Shown here in pieces: positions 9,262-17,923 of a stretch of DNA of 64,000 nt. Below the pieces are notes generated by a model, which did not search any database, was not told where the DNA came from, and saw only the letters and a list, made by a program, of their open reading frames with translations. Numbering within the stretch: position 1 is the first letter of the stretch; every line of letters starts with the position of its first letter. Made by a program: the position numbers and the translations under genes. Source of the DNA: Myxococcota bacterium. GTDB taxonomy: Bacteria > Myxococcota_A > UBA9160 > UBA4427. The stretch lies in assembly GCA_965250285.1 (NCBI GenBank), contig OZ252299.1:4288001-4352000 (forward strand). The letters run 5' to 3'.

Positions 9262-10137
9262 TCAGTCGATGAAGGTCGTCGTGGCCGGCTCGTCGATCAC
9301 GCCGTTCTCGAGCTCACCGAGCTTGTCGATGGCGATCTTCACGACGTCGCCCGACGCCAGCAGCTTCGGCGGCTTCATGCCGATGCCGACGCCCGACGAA
9401 GTACCGGTGGCGACGATGTCACCCGGCTCGAGGGTGAACGAGGTCGAGAGGTGCTCGACCAGCGTGAAGCAGTCGAAGATGAGCTCCTTCGTATTCGTGT
9501 GCTGACGCAGCTCGCCGTTGACCCAGGTGCGCAGCTCGAGCGCGTGCGGGTCGCCGACCTCGTCGGGCGTCACGATGGCGGGGCCGATCGGACCGTGGGT
9601 GTCGAAGCTCTTGCCGATCGTCCACGTCGGGATCCGCAGCTGCCAATCGCGCACCGTGACGTCGTTCACGATCGTGTAGCCGGCGATCACCGAGGCGGCG
9701 TCTTCGCGACTCACGTGGCGGCAGCGCCGACCGATCACGAAGCCAAGCTCGCCCTCGTAGTCGAGCACATGCGACGCACTCGGCAGGTGGAAGGGCGTGT
9801 CGGGGCCGATCACGCAGGTGCTCTGCTTGTTGAAGAGCGTCGGAAACTCGGGCGTCTCGAGCCCCGACTCGGCCACGTGGTCGGCGTAGTTGAGACCGAT
9901 GGCGAGGAACTTCGGCGGGCGCGCGATCGGCGCTTCGATCGTCACGTCGGCGAGCGGCAGCGTCGCGCTCGAGTCTTCGACCGCCCGGGCCGCATCCATG
10001 GCCGAGGGGCCTGCCTCGAGCAAACCGAGCATGTCGGTGGGCAGATCGGGGGCCGCCGCCGAGAGATCGACGACGACGTCTTCGCGGGCGAGGCCGATGC
10101 GGGTGCGGCCGTCGTGGGTGAAGGTCACGAGCTTCAT
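9262..10137 (-). CDS. fumarylacetoacetate hydrolase (FAH) family protein
   Basis: IGLNYADH, DYEGEL, NDVTVRDWQ, GKSFDT.GP.GP, PGDIVATGT. Confidence 0.95.
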   Translation of the reverse strand: MKLVTFTHDGRTRIGLAREDVVVDLSAAAPDLPTDMLGLLEAGPSAMDAARAVEDSSATLPLADVTIEAPIARPPKFLAIGLNYADHVAESGLETPEFPTLFNKQSTCVIGPDTPFHLPSASHVLDYEGELGFVIGRRCRHVSREDAASVIAGYTIVNDVTVRDWQLRIPTWTIGKSFDTHGPIGPAIVTPDEVGDPHALELRTWVNGELRQHTNTKELIFDCFTLVEHLSTSFTLEPGDIVATGTSSGVGIGMKPPKLLASGDVVKIAIDKLGELENGVIDEPATTTFID

Positions 10138-10817
10138 TTCGGGTGCTCCTCATTCGTGGGGCTGGGGTCGGGGGGACCGAGCAGGAGATACTCGACCGCG
10201 CGCGCGTGCTGTTCGACGTGCGCGTCGTCGAAGGGATCGATGTCGGCGAGCAACCGGCACTCTTCGGCCTGATGAAAGATCAGCCCGACGGAGCCGGCGA
10301 TGATGTAGTGGAGGTGGATCGGCGGCAGATCGGGCGGCAGACGCATCGTCTGCCCCGTGCGCGCGACGATCTCGGCGATGCCGCGATAGAGCGGCGCGAC
10401 GTGGGTCTCGACCAGCCACTCGGTGCGCGGCCCCGGGCGCTTGCCGACGTCGTGCATGATGCGCACGAACTCGGGGTTGCGGGCCGTGAACCGCACGTGG
10501 TTGCGGATCATCAGGCGCATCCGCTCGTCGTCGCTGGTGATCGCGTCGTCGCCCATCACGCGCTCGACGCCGTTCTTCAGGTCGGCGAAGGCCAGATCGA
10601 CGGCGGCCATCCACAACTTCTCCTTGCCGCCGAAGTGGTACTGGAGCAGGCCGAGGTTCACGCCCGCCGCATCGGCGATCTGCCGGGTGGTCGTGCCGTC
10701 GTAGCCCTGGGCCGCGAACACACCGAGCGCCGCGCGCGCGATGCGTTCGCGGGTGTCGCTCTGCTCGCGGTGGCCCGAAGTCGGCGCGGCCTGGGCGGCG
10801 GCAGTCGTGGACGGCAT
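10134..10817 (-). CDS. TetR/AcrR family regulator (RutR-like C-terminus)
   Basis: RERIARAALGVFAAQGYDGTTTRQIADAAGVNLGLLQYHFGGKE helix-turn-helix; stop overlaps the FAH start. Confidence 0.92.
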   Translation of the reverse strand: MPSTTAAAQAAPTSGHREQSDTRERIARAALGVFAAQGYDGTTTRQIADAAGVNLGLLQYHFGGKEKLWMAAVDLAFADLKNGVERVMGDDAITSDDERMRLMIRNHVRFTARNPEFVRIMHDVGKRPGPRTEWLVETHVAPLYRGIAEIVARTGQTMRLPPDLPPIHLHYIIAGSVGLIFHQAEECRLLADIDPFDDAHVEQHARAVEYLLLGPPDPSPTNEEHPK

Positions 10818-10855
10818 GGGAGGCGCGATCGGGAGGCTCCTGGCGGCCGCTTCTC

Positions 10856-10900
10856 GGGCCTTGGTCAAACGACTAAGGCCCTGTTTATACAGATGACCAA
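10856..10900. promoter_or_regulatory. putative TetR operator(s)
   Basis: Inverted repeat GGGCCTTGGTC-aaac-GACTAAGGCCC (10856-10881, 1 mismatch) plus a second half-site TGACCAA (10894-10900). Confidence 0.55.
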
Positions 10901-10970
10901 TTCGCTTCGCAACGCCTCGGGCGAGATCCGAAGCTCGAGAAGTCGGGCGGCGTTTTCTGATCCAGTCAGG

Positions 10971-11005
10971 TTGACATCGTCTTCTGAATCGTAGACACTG
11001 TCTAC
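10971..11005 (+). promoter_or_regulatory. sigma70-type promoter with overlapping palindromic operator, leaderless
   Basis: TTGACA (10971) N17 GACACT (10994); palindrome GTAGACA-c-TGTCTAC at 10991-11005 directly abuts ATG 11006. Confidence 0.7.
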
Positions 11006-11638
11006 ATGCAGCCGACCCCGCCCCACGCCTCTGATGAGGAGCTCGCCGCCGCCCTGCTCGTGCTCGAGCAGGAGGGGCCGGCCGCGCTGAGCGTCGAGCA
11101 CGTCGCGCGGCGGCTCGGTCGGCGCGGCGGGGCCGCGGCGATGCCCTGGCCCGATCCGCACTGGCTGCGCTCGGAGCTCGGGGCACTCGGTTTTCGGCGC
11201 CTGCGCGCCGCGGTCGCCGAGTCGGTCGCCGAGGTAGCGACACGCACGGACGATCCGGGCGAGCAGCTGCTGGCCGCCGGACGCGCCTATGTCCGCACGG
11301 CGGTTCGCAGCCCGCGCCTCTTCACGATCATGTACGAGCGATCCGACGCCGACTTCGCGCACCCCGACCTCGGTCGCGATGCCTCAGCAGCCTTTGCCCA
11401 GCTGCGCACGCTGGTCGAGTCGGTGCAGCGCACGGGCTTCCAGCCCGATCGCACCGCCGACGAGGTCGCCCTGCTCGTGTGGGACAGCGTGCATCGGCTC
11501 ACCGTCAGGTGGGCCGATGCGGCGCTCGATGGCCCCGTCGACCCCGAGATGGTCGAAGAGGCGATCAACCTCGAGATGACCCTCGTGCTCGGCGACTTCC
11601 CCCGAACGCACACCGCCGCCGAGCGAGCGTACGCATGA
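11006..11638 (+). CDS. TetR-like regulator with WHG C-terminal domain and degenerate HTH
   Basis: AAGRAYV..A...P.LF.IM and W..VH features of the WHG domain; recognition helix eroded. Confidence 0.8.
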   Translation: MQPTPPHASDEELAAALLVLEQEGPAALSVEHVARRLGRRGGAAAMPWPDPHWLRSELGALGFRRLRAAVAESVAEVATRTDDPGEQLLAAGRAYVRTAVRSPRLFTIMYERSDADFAHPDLGRDASAAFAQLRTLVESVQRTGFQPDRTADEVALLVWDSVHRLTVRWADAALDGPVDPEMVEEAINLEMTLVLGDFPRTHTAAERAYA

Positions 11639-12285
11639 CCGCCGACACGCTGCCCGCGCCGACACACGACTCGCCCGCGCCCAATGCAGACGCGCCGCTC
11701 GCCGACCGTCTCGTGCAGGCGACGATCGAGCTGCTCGCGAGCGAAGGGCTCGAATCGATCACGCTCCGGGCCATCGCGCGGCGCGCGGGCGTCAGTCATG
11801 GCGCGCCCCTGCGTCACTACCGCTCGCTCGCCGATCTGCTCGCTGAGGTCGCGGCCTTCGGGTTTCGGTTGCTCGAACGCAGCCTGCAGGAGGCCGCCGA
11901 GGCCGCGCCGCCCGGCGCCGGCCCGCGCGCGCGACTCGATGCGGCCAGCCGTGCCTACGTGCACACCGCGGTCGCGAACGATGCGCTCTTCGGTCTGATG
12001 TTTCGTCCCGACACGATCGACGTCGAGAACGCGCGCTTTCAGGCCGACTCGATGGCCGCCTTCGACCGGTTGCTCACCCTCGTCCGCGCCGCGCAAGACG
12101 CCGGCTGGCGCACCGACCAGGATACGCGCTTGCTCGCGGGCGTCGCCTGGGCCCAGGTCCATGGCCTCGCCACGCTCTGGGCGAGCGGCGCCTTCCAGGG
12201 CCCGGTGCCCGAGGCCACCCTCGAAGAGACGATCGCCCTCACACTCGATCTCACCTTCGCTGGCGATGCCGTGCCCCAACGTTGA
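11635..12285 (+). CDS. TetR family regulator with WHG domain
   Basis: ITLRAIARRAGVSHGAPLRHY HTH; AYV..A, LF.LMF, WAQVHGLA; ATGA overlap. Confidence 0.92.
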   Translation: MTADTLPAPTHDSPAPNADAPLADRLVQATIELLASEGLESITLRAIARRAGVSHGAPLRHYRSLADLLAEVAAFGFRLLERSLQEAAEAAPPGAGPRARLDAASRAYVHTAVANDALFGLMFRPDTIDVENARFQADSMAAFDRLLTLVRAAQDAGWRTDQDTRLLAGVAWAQVHGLATLWASGAFQGPVPEATLEETIALTLDLTFAGDAVPQR

Positions 12286-12356
12286 ATGCACCTGCAGGTG
12301 CGCACGAGACCAACACCCGCGCCCCACATCATCCCCCCAACGAGAGGAATCCAGCC

Positions 12357-13688
12357 ATGACCGCCAATCCCTATCTCGAAGGCAACTTCGGCCCCGTCGA
12401 CGACGAGCTCACGAGCTTCGACCTCGAGGTCGAAGGCGAGCTGCCTCGCGAGCTCAACGGACAGCTGCTGCGCATCGGGCCGAACCCCGTCGCCGCCGAC
12501 CCGGCGAACCATCACTGGTTCATCGGCAACGGCATGGTGCACGGCCTGCGGCTCGAAGACGGCCGAGCCGCCGCCTACCGTCGCCGCTACGTCCGCGACG
12601 GCCAGGTCACCGAGCACTTCGGCTGGCCCGAGGTGTCGGGACCGCTCGGCATCCTCGGTTCGGGGGTCGCGAACACGAACGTCACGCGCATCGCCGGTGA
12701 GATCTACGCGATCGTCGAAGCGGGCAACTACCCGGTCCACCTCGACGCCGGGCTCGAGACCCTCGAGCGCACCGACTTCGATGGCGGCCTCAAGGCCGGT
12801 TTCTCGGCCCACCCGAAGGTCTGCCCCGATACCGGCGAGACCCACGTGGCGGTCTACAACCCGTTCGACGAGTACGTGCACCACGTCGCCGTCGACAAGG
12901 AAGGCCGCGTCATTCGCGACGAAGGGGTGCACCTGCCGCACAAGCCGATGGTGCACGACTGCGCGATCACGCCGAACTACTTCCTGGTGCTCGACTTTCC
13001 GTGCGTGTTCGATGCCGAGGCAGCCATGGCCGGGGCCCCCTTGCCCTACCGCTGGCATCCTGACACGAACCCGGCCCGGGTCGGCCTGCTGCCCCGCACC
13101 GGCTCGGCCAGCGAGATTCGCTGGTTCGATGTCGAGCCCTGCTACGTCTTCCACCCGATGAACGCGTTCGAGACCGCAGACGGTCAGGTCGTGATGGACG
13201 TCGCGCGTCACCCGGCGATGTTCTCGAGCGACCACCAGGGCCCGAACGAGGGCGCCCCGACCCTCGATCGATGGACGTTCGACCTCGCTTCGGGCACGAC
13301 GAAGGAGGAGCGCTTCGACGAACGCGGGCAGGAGTTCCCGCGCCTCGACGAGCGGCTCGTCGGCAAGCCGTACCGCTACGGCTACTCGGCGGCGATCGAC
13401 GATGGCTTCGAAGCCTGGGGCCTCATCAAGCACGATCTCGAGCGCGGCAGCTCGGTCACGCACACCGAGGGCGACCACCGGCACTTCCTCGAGCCGGTGT
13501 TCGTGCCGAAGAGCGAGAGCGCCGGCGAGGACGAGGGCTGGGTGCTCGCGTACGTCTACGACGCCCGCGACAACCGCAGCGATGTGATCGTACTCGACGC
13601 GCAAAACTTCGACGCCGACCCGATCGCCACGGTGAAGCTGCCCGAGCGTGTGCCCTACGGCTTCCACGGCAACTGGATCGCCGACTGA
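12357..13688 (+). CDS. carotenoid oxygenase family (CCD/lignostilbene dioxygenase-like, RPE65 fold)
   Basis: NPYLEGNFGPV, LRIGPNP; four Fe His ligands (AHPK, MVHD, VFHP, GFHG); EFPR. An in-frame TTG at 12282 is an alternative start. Confidence 0.95.
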   Translation: MTANPYLEGNFGPVDDELTSFDLEVEGELPRELNGQLLRIGPNPVAADPANHHWFIGNGMVHGLRLEDGRAAAYRRRYVRDGQVTEHFGWPEVSGPLGILGSGVANTNVTRIAGEIYAIVEAGNYPVHLDAGLETLERTDFDGGLKAGFSAHPKVCPDTGETHVAVYNPFDEYVHHVAVDKEGRVIRDEGVHLPHKPMVHDCAITPNYFLVLDFPCVFDAEAAMAGAPLPYRWHPDTNPARVGLLPRTGSASEIRWFDVEPCYVFHPMNAFETADGQVVMDVARHPAMFSSDHQGPNEGAPTLDRWTFDLASGTTKEERFDERGQEFPRLDERLVGKPYRYGYSAAIDDGFEAWGLIKHDLERGSSVTHTEGDHRHFLEPVFVPKSESAGEDEGWVLAYVYDARDNRSDVIVLDAQNFDADPIATVKLPERVPYGFHGNWIAD

Positions 13689-13791
13689 GCCGAAGCGAAG
13701 GGGCTCGGCGCCACCCACCCGCCGAGCGACGAAGACCGGGGCCCTGCGCCGCATCTGGCCGAGTGACGCGGGCCGCGCGGTCTGACACACT

Positions 13792-13826
13792 CCCGAATCG
13801 GGCCGATTCAATCGGCCCGATTCGGG
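13792..13826. repeat. near-perfect 35-bp palindrome
   Basis: CCCGAATCGGGCCGATT-c-AATCGGCCCGATTCGGG: 17-bp perfect arms, 1-nt centre. Confidence 0.9.
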
Positions 13827-13838
13827 GAGACCCTTCGA

Positions 13839-14270
13839 TTGGCCGCCGCGTGGAGCTTTCTCTCCCGCCACATCGACTTCGGGATGGCCTGGAAGGGCGC
13901 GCTCTTCCTCGGCCTCGTCGTGTTCGGCGTCAACTACGTCGACCACGGCGCGTGGGCGGCTCTGCCTGCAGCCCTCAAGCAGGCGACCTACACCTACTTC
14001 GTCGCCGGGTTCATCACGCGCCTGGGTGAGAACCTCGCCGTGAAGATCGAGCCGCTGCCGCTGGCGATCGCGGCTGCCGTGCTCGTCCCCAGCATCATCG
14101 CGATCTCGCTGACCTTCGGCCTGCACTCGATGCGCGGCACGCCCGAGCCGCTCTACTCGACGCTCCCCACCGCGATCACGGCCCCGCCCGCCTTTCTGGT
14201 CTGGGGTTGGCTCAAGCGGCGCAAGCGCGACGAAGGCGACGGGGAGGCGCGCGAGGGGGTGGAAGCATGA
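13839..14270 (+). CDS. hypothetical integral membrane protein (about 4 TM)
   Basis: Hydrophobic ORF with GC-rich third codon positions; GGAG 9 nt before TTG; start may be ATG 13884. Confidence 0.75.
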   Translation: MAAAWSFLSRHIDFGMAWKGALFLGLVVFGVNYVDHGAWAALPAALKQATYTYFVAGFITRLGENLAVKIEPLPLAIAAAVLVPSIIAISLTFGLHSMRGTPEPLYSTLPTAITAPPAFLVWGWLKRRKRDEGDGEAREGVEA

Positions 14271-14292
14271 GCGACGGCGAGGAGGCCGAGGC

Positions 14293-15669
14293 ATGAGCGA
14301 CGGCGAAGAGAAGCACATCGACATCAGCCGAAACGACATGAGCCGCGCCGCGCGCCGCATCACGTCGTTGGTCGCGCGCGCCACCACATCGGAGCGACGC
14401 AAGAAGCTGATGGATGGTGTGCGCGAGCAGCTGCGCAGGTGGCGCGGCGAGCCGCACCGCGTCGTCTACTTCCACGAGGTCGGTGACCCCTACAGCCACC
14501 TCGCAGCACAAGCCCTGGCGCCGCTCGCCGCGCACTACGAGATCGAGATCGAGCCGCGCGTCACGTCGATGGAGACGGGCATCAACCGACCCGAGCCCAC
14601 GATGCTCGACCGGCACGCCCGGGTCGATTGTGCGCTGGTCGCCCCTCACTACGGCCTGCAGTTTCCCGAGAACGCCGCCGCGGCCGACCCCGAACTCGTA
14701 CGCCGTGGCGAGCGGCTGCTCGTCTCGGTCGAGTCGGGCCCGCTCGACGCGTTCAGCCGGCTTGCCGTCGCGGTCGGCGACGCGGTCTGGGCGGGCGATG
14801 CCGCCGCCCTCGAGGCGCTCGAGCGCGAGGCTGCACCGGCCGACGCGACCCGGACCGACGCACGCACGACCGAGGCCCGGGGACTTCGCGCGAAGCTCGG
14901 CCACTACTCGGGCGCGATGTTCCTCTACGGCGGCGAGTGGTACTGGGGCGTGGATCGCCTGCACCACCTCGAGCGCCGACTGACCGAGCTCGGGGCCGCC
15001 CGCGAAGACGCCTTCGTCTTCGGCCGACCGCCCCTCGAGACCGACGAAGTCGAGCGGGCGAGCGAGATGACGCTCGAGATCTTCCCGTCGCTGCGCAGCC
15101 CCTACTCGGCCATCGGCTACGAGCCCGCGCTCGATCTCGCGAAGGCGACGGGCATCGGGCGCACGACCCGGCCCGTGCTGCCCATGGTGATGCGGGGCGT
15201 GCCCGCGTCGCTGACCAAGGGGCTCTACATCATGCGCGACACCCGCCGCGAGGCGGCCGCGCTCGGGATGCCCTTCGGCCGCAGCGTCGATCCGATCGGC
15301 GAGCCGGTGAGACGGGCCTTCTCGCTCTGGCCCTGGGCGCAGTCGAAGGGTCGAGGCGAGGCGCTGCTCGTGCACTTCATGCGCGCGGCCTGGGCCGAGG
15401 CCGTCGATACGAGTGGCGAGGCCGGGCTGCGGAGCGTGATCGAGCGCGCCGGCCTCGACTGGGCCGAGGCGCGCGGGCGGATCGGCGACCCCGCCTGGGA
15501 GGCCGAGCTCGAGGCGAACCGACGGATGATGATCGACGAGATGGGCGAGTGGGGCGTGCCCAGCTTTCGTCTCAAGGGCCCGTCGGGCGAGCCCGACTTC
15601 ATCGTCTGGGGCCAGGATCGGCTCTGGCTGCTCTCGCGCGAGATCCAGCGGCGGGGCCGAGCCCAGTGA
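14293..15669 (+). CDS. tandem DsbA-like / 2-hydroxychromene-2-carboxylate isomerase (GST-kappa) family protein
   Basis: Two repeats: DPYSHL...GEWYWGVDRL and SPYSAI...WGVPSF...WGQDRL. Confidence 0.88.
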   Translation: MSDGEEKHIDISRNDMSRAARRITSLVARATTSERRKKLMDGVREQLRRWRGEPHRVVYFHEVGDPYSHLAAQALAPLAAHYEIEIEPRVTSMETGINRPEPTMLDRHARVDCALVAPHYGLQFPENAAAADPELVRRGERLLVSVESGPLDAFSRLAVAVGDAVWAGDAAALEALEREAAPADATRTDARTTEARGLRAKLGHYSGAMFLYGGEWYWGVDRLHHLERRLTELGAAREDAFVFGRPPLETDEVERASEMTLEIFPSLRSPYSAIGYEPALDLAKATGIGRTTRPVLPMVMRGVPASLTKGLYIMRDTRREAAALGMPFGRSVDPIGEPVRRAFSLWPWAQSKGRGEALLVHFMRAAWAEAVDTSGEAGLRSVIERAGLDWAEARGRIGDPAWEAELEANRRMMIDEMGEWGVPSFRLKGPSGEPDFIVWGQDRLWLLSREIQRRGRAQ

Positions 15670-15827
15670 ATGCGGGTTCGAGGCCGGTCTCGGTGCGCCC
15701 TGCCCCCGACCGCAGCGTTTGAGCGCACCGGCCGAAGTTTCGCGTTCCGGGCCTTGCATCCCTCGCCGCTGCCTTAAACTCCACCGCCCCGATCGCCGTA
15801 CGTGCGCCCGGCAACAGGAGAATCGCC

Positions 15828-16259
15828 ATGCCCATCCAGCACATCGTTGCCCCCGTCGACTTCTCGCCGGCCTCGCGCCGCGCCTTCGACGCGGCGATGG
15901 AGCTCGCCGTCGCCACTGGCGCGAAGATCGATCTCGTTCACGCCATCGAGGTGCTCACCTACCGGGGTGTCCAGTACCAGGAGGTCCTCAAGACCGGCAC
16001 GATGGAGGACGAGCGCACGCGGGCCACCGAAGAGCTCGAAGAGTGGGCCGACATCGCGCGACAGAAGAACGTCGACATCACGTGCAAGATCCTCGACGGC
16101 GACAGCCGCGGCGCGATCGTCGACCACGCGAGCCACGTCAAGGCCGACGTCATCGTGATCGGTGCGAAGGGCCACTCCCGGCTGCACGACATTCTCGTCG
16201 GCAGCGTGGCGATGTCGGTGATGCACGCCGCGCACTGCTCGGTCTACCTGGTGCGCTGA
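15828..16259 (+). CDS. universal stress protein (UspA family)
   Basis: IVAPVDFSPAS, ADVIVIGAKG, LVGSVA..V...AHCSV; AGGAG SD. Confidence 0.95.
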   Translation: MPIQHIVAPVDFSPASRRAFDAAMELAVATGAKIDLVHAIEVLTYRGVQYQEVLKTGTMEDERTRATEELEEWADIARQKNVDITCKILDGDSRGAIVDHASHVKADVIVIGAKGHSRLHDILVGSVAMSVMHAAHCSVYLVR

Positions 16260-16301
16260 AGGCGTCACCCATCGGGCGGCCGCGGCGCCAAGACCGCGGC
16301 A

Positions 16302-17288
16302 TCAGACGTGATTGCGGAGCATCAGCTCCTTGGGATGCGGGTCGAGGTGGACCTGCCCCTGCAAGTACTCGATCTCATACAACCGCACGTAGTGGCGGAT
16401 CAGCGTGATCGGCACCGAGAGCGGCACGAGCCCCTGGCGATAGTCCTCGATCACCTCGGCGAGCTCGGCTCGTGAAGCCGCATCGAGCTGCTTCTTCAGA
16501 TAGCCCGCCGCGTGCTGCAGGACGTTCGTCTGGCGGCCCGGCGTGGCGATCCGCTCGAGCGCAGACATGAACTCGTCGACATAGGCCGAGACGAACGCCT
16601 CGCGGTCCATGGATGCGTGCTCGGCGACGAGCCGACCGAGTGAGCGATACGCCTCGGGCGAGTGCGCCATCAGGTGCAGCTTCTGAGCGGTATGGAACGC
16701 GAACATGTCGCCCGCAGTCCAGTCGCTCGAGAAGTGCGCTTGCAATCGGTGATAGGCGAAGACGCGCTCGATGAAGTTCTCTCTCAGGGGCGCGTCGTTG
16801 AGCCGCCCCTCCTCTTCGACGGGCAGGTTCGGCTGCGAACGCATCAGCGCCTGGGCGAAGAGCCCTACCCCATCGCGATTCGGCATCGCGTTCTCCGAGT
16901 ACAGCTTCACCCGCGTCATGCCGCAGCTGGGCGAATCCTTCTTCAGGATGAAGCCCGACAGGTTGGCCTTCTCGAGTGCGGCGACGCGTTCGTCGGCGAA
17001 GCGAAGGAGCTGTTCGGTCCGATCGATTCCGCTCTGGGTCTCGACCATGCGCACCTCGTCGCCTTCGCTCCGCACGAGGCGCAGCGCGGGTCGCGGCGTC
17101 GGCATGCCCGACTCGACCTCGGGGCAGACCGGAACGAACTCGACGAAACGCTCCAGCTCGTCGGTCACGAAGCGCGATCGCTTGTGTCCGCCATCGAAGC
17201 GGACGGGACGGCCAAGCAGACAGGCCGAGACGCCGACGCGGATCGGCGCCGCCGGGTCTCGGGAGATGTCGGTGGCCGCGTTCGTCAA
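16302..17288 (-). CDS. DUF523 + DUF1722 protein (YbgA-like; 2-thiouracil desulfurase domain)
   Basis: VGVSACLLG..VRFDGGHK, VCPEV, SPSCG, EEEGRL.D, FHT..K..LMAH, N.LQH..GY, YL.GQ..L.PHP.EL.LRN. Confidence 0.93.
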   Translation of the reverse strand: MTNAATDISRDPAAPIRVGVSACLLGRPVRFDGGHKRSRFVTDELERFVEFVPVCPEVESGMPTPRPALRLVRSEGDEVRMVETQSGIDRTEQLLRFADERVAALEKANLSGFILKKDSPSCGMTRVKLYSENAMPNRDGVGLFAQALMRSQPNLPVEEEGRLNDAPLRENFIERVFAYHRLQAHFSSDWTAGDMFAFHTAQKLHLMAHSPEAYRSLGRLVAEHASMDREAFVSAYVDEFMSALERIATPGRQTNVLQHAAGYLKKQLDAASRAELAEVIEDYRQGLVPLSVPITLIRHYVRLYEIEYLQGQVHLDPHPKELMLRNHV

Positions 17289-17923
17289 ACAGCCGCTCCT
17301 GCGACCATCGCGTTGATGCGAGCGACCTCTTCGAGGTCGGGGTGGTCTGCTGCGTGCTGTACGTCGTGCACCCAGTGGATCTCGTGGCCGCGCGTGAGCA
17401 TGACGCCCGGCATTCGCCAGATGTCGCCCGAGCGCGGACCGTTCGTGTGCCCCTTGTCAGCGGCGCGCTTGCGCGCGCGCCAGACCGGCGGGCCGAGGTT
17501 CTTCAGCAGACCGCCGCGGGTCACTCCGAACGCATCGTAGAGCTCTCCGGTCGGATCGGCGACCGCGCGCACCTCGGGCCAGTAGCGTCGCAGGAAGGCG
17601 CGCCCTTCCATGGGCGTCCCCTGAAAGAAGAAGAGCGTCCGCGGGAAAGATTCGATCTCACCGGTCGCCTCGCGAATGTCCGCGATGGCCTCGCGACAGA
17701 AGATGCAACCGAAGTGGCGCAGAAAGACGAAGAGCGTCGTCTCGTCTCCCAGCTGATCCCGCAGCCGACCTGGCGACAGGTTCATGCCCGTGACGACGAA
17801 GTCGAGCGCCTGCTCGGGGATGGGGCGGCTCTGCTCCAATGCGTCTCCCTCGACTTCGTTGGGAATGTGATCGAACTCGAACGCGGCACCCCGCTCGAAG
17901 CGGCTGAATCGTGCGTCGATCAT
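17285..17923 (-). CDS. AhpC/TSA-like (PRXL2/SelL-related) thioredoxin-fold redox protein
   Basis: FLRHFGCIFCRE CxxC, ADP..LY.AFG, MPG, H..DHPD; ATGA overlap. Confidence 0.85.
   Translation of the reverse strand: MIDARFSRFERGAAFEFDHIPNEVEGDALEQSRPIPEQALDFVVTGMNLSPGRLRDQLGDETTLFVFLRHFGCIFCREAIADIREATGEIESFPRTLFFFQGTPMEGRAFLRRYWPEVRAVADPTGELYDAFGVTRGGLLKNLGPPVWRARKRAADKGHTNGPRSGDIWRMPGVMLTRGHEIHWVHDVQHAADHPDLEEVARINAMVAGAAV

Noticed and set aside
17285..17923. Possible selenoprotein (SelL/SelU-like family)
   Set aside because: The motif reads CxxC with Cys codons and there is no in-frame TGA
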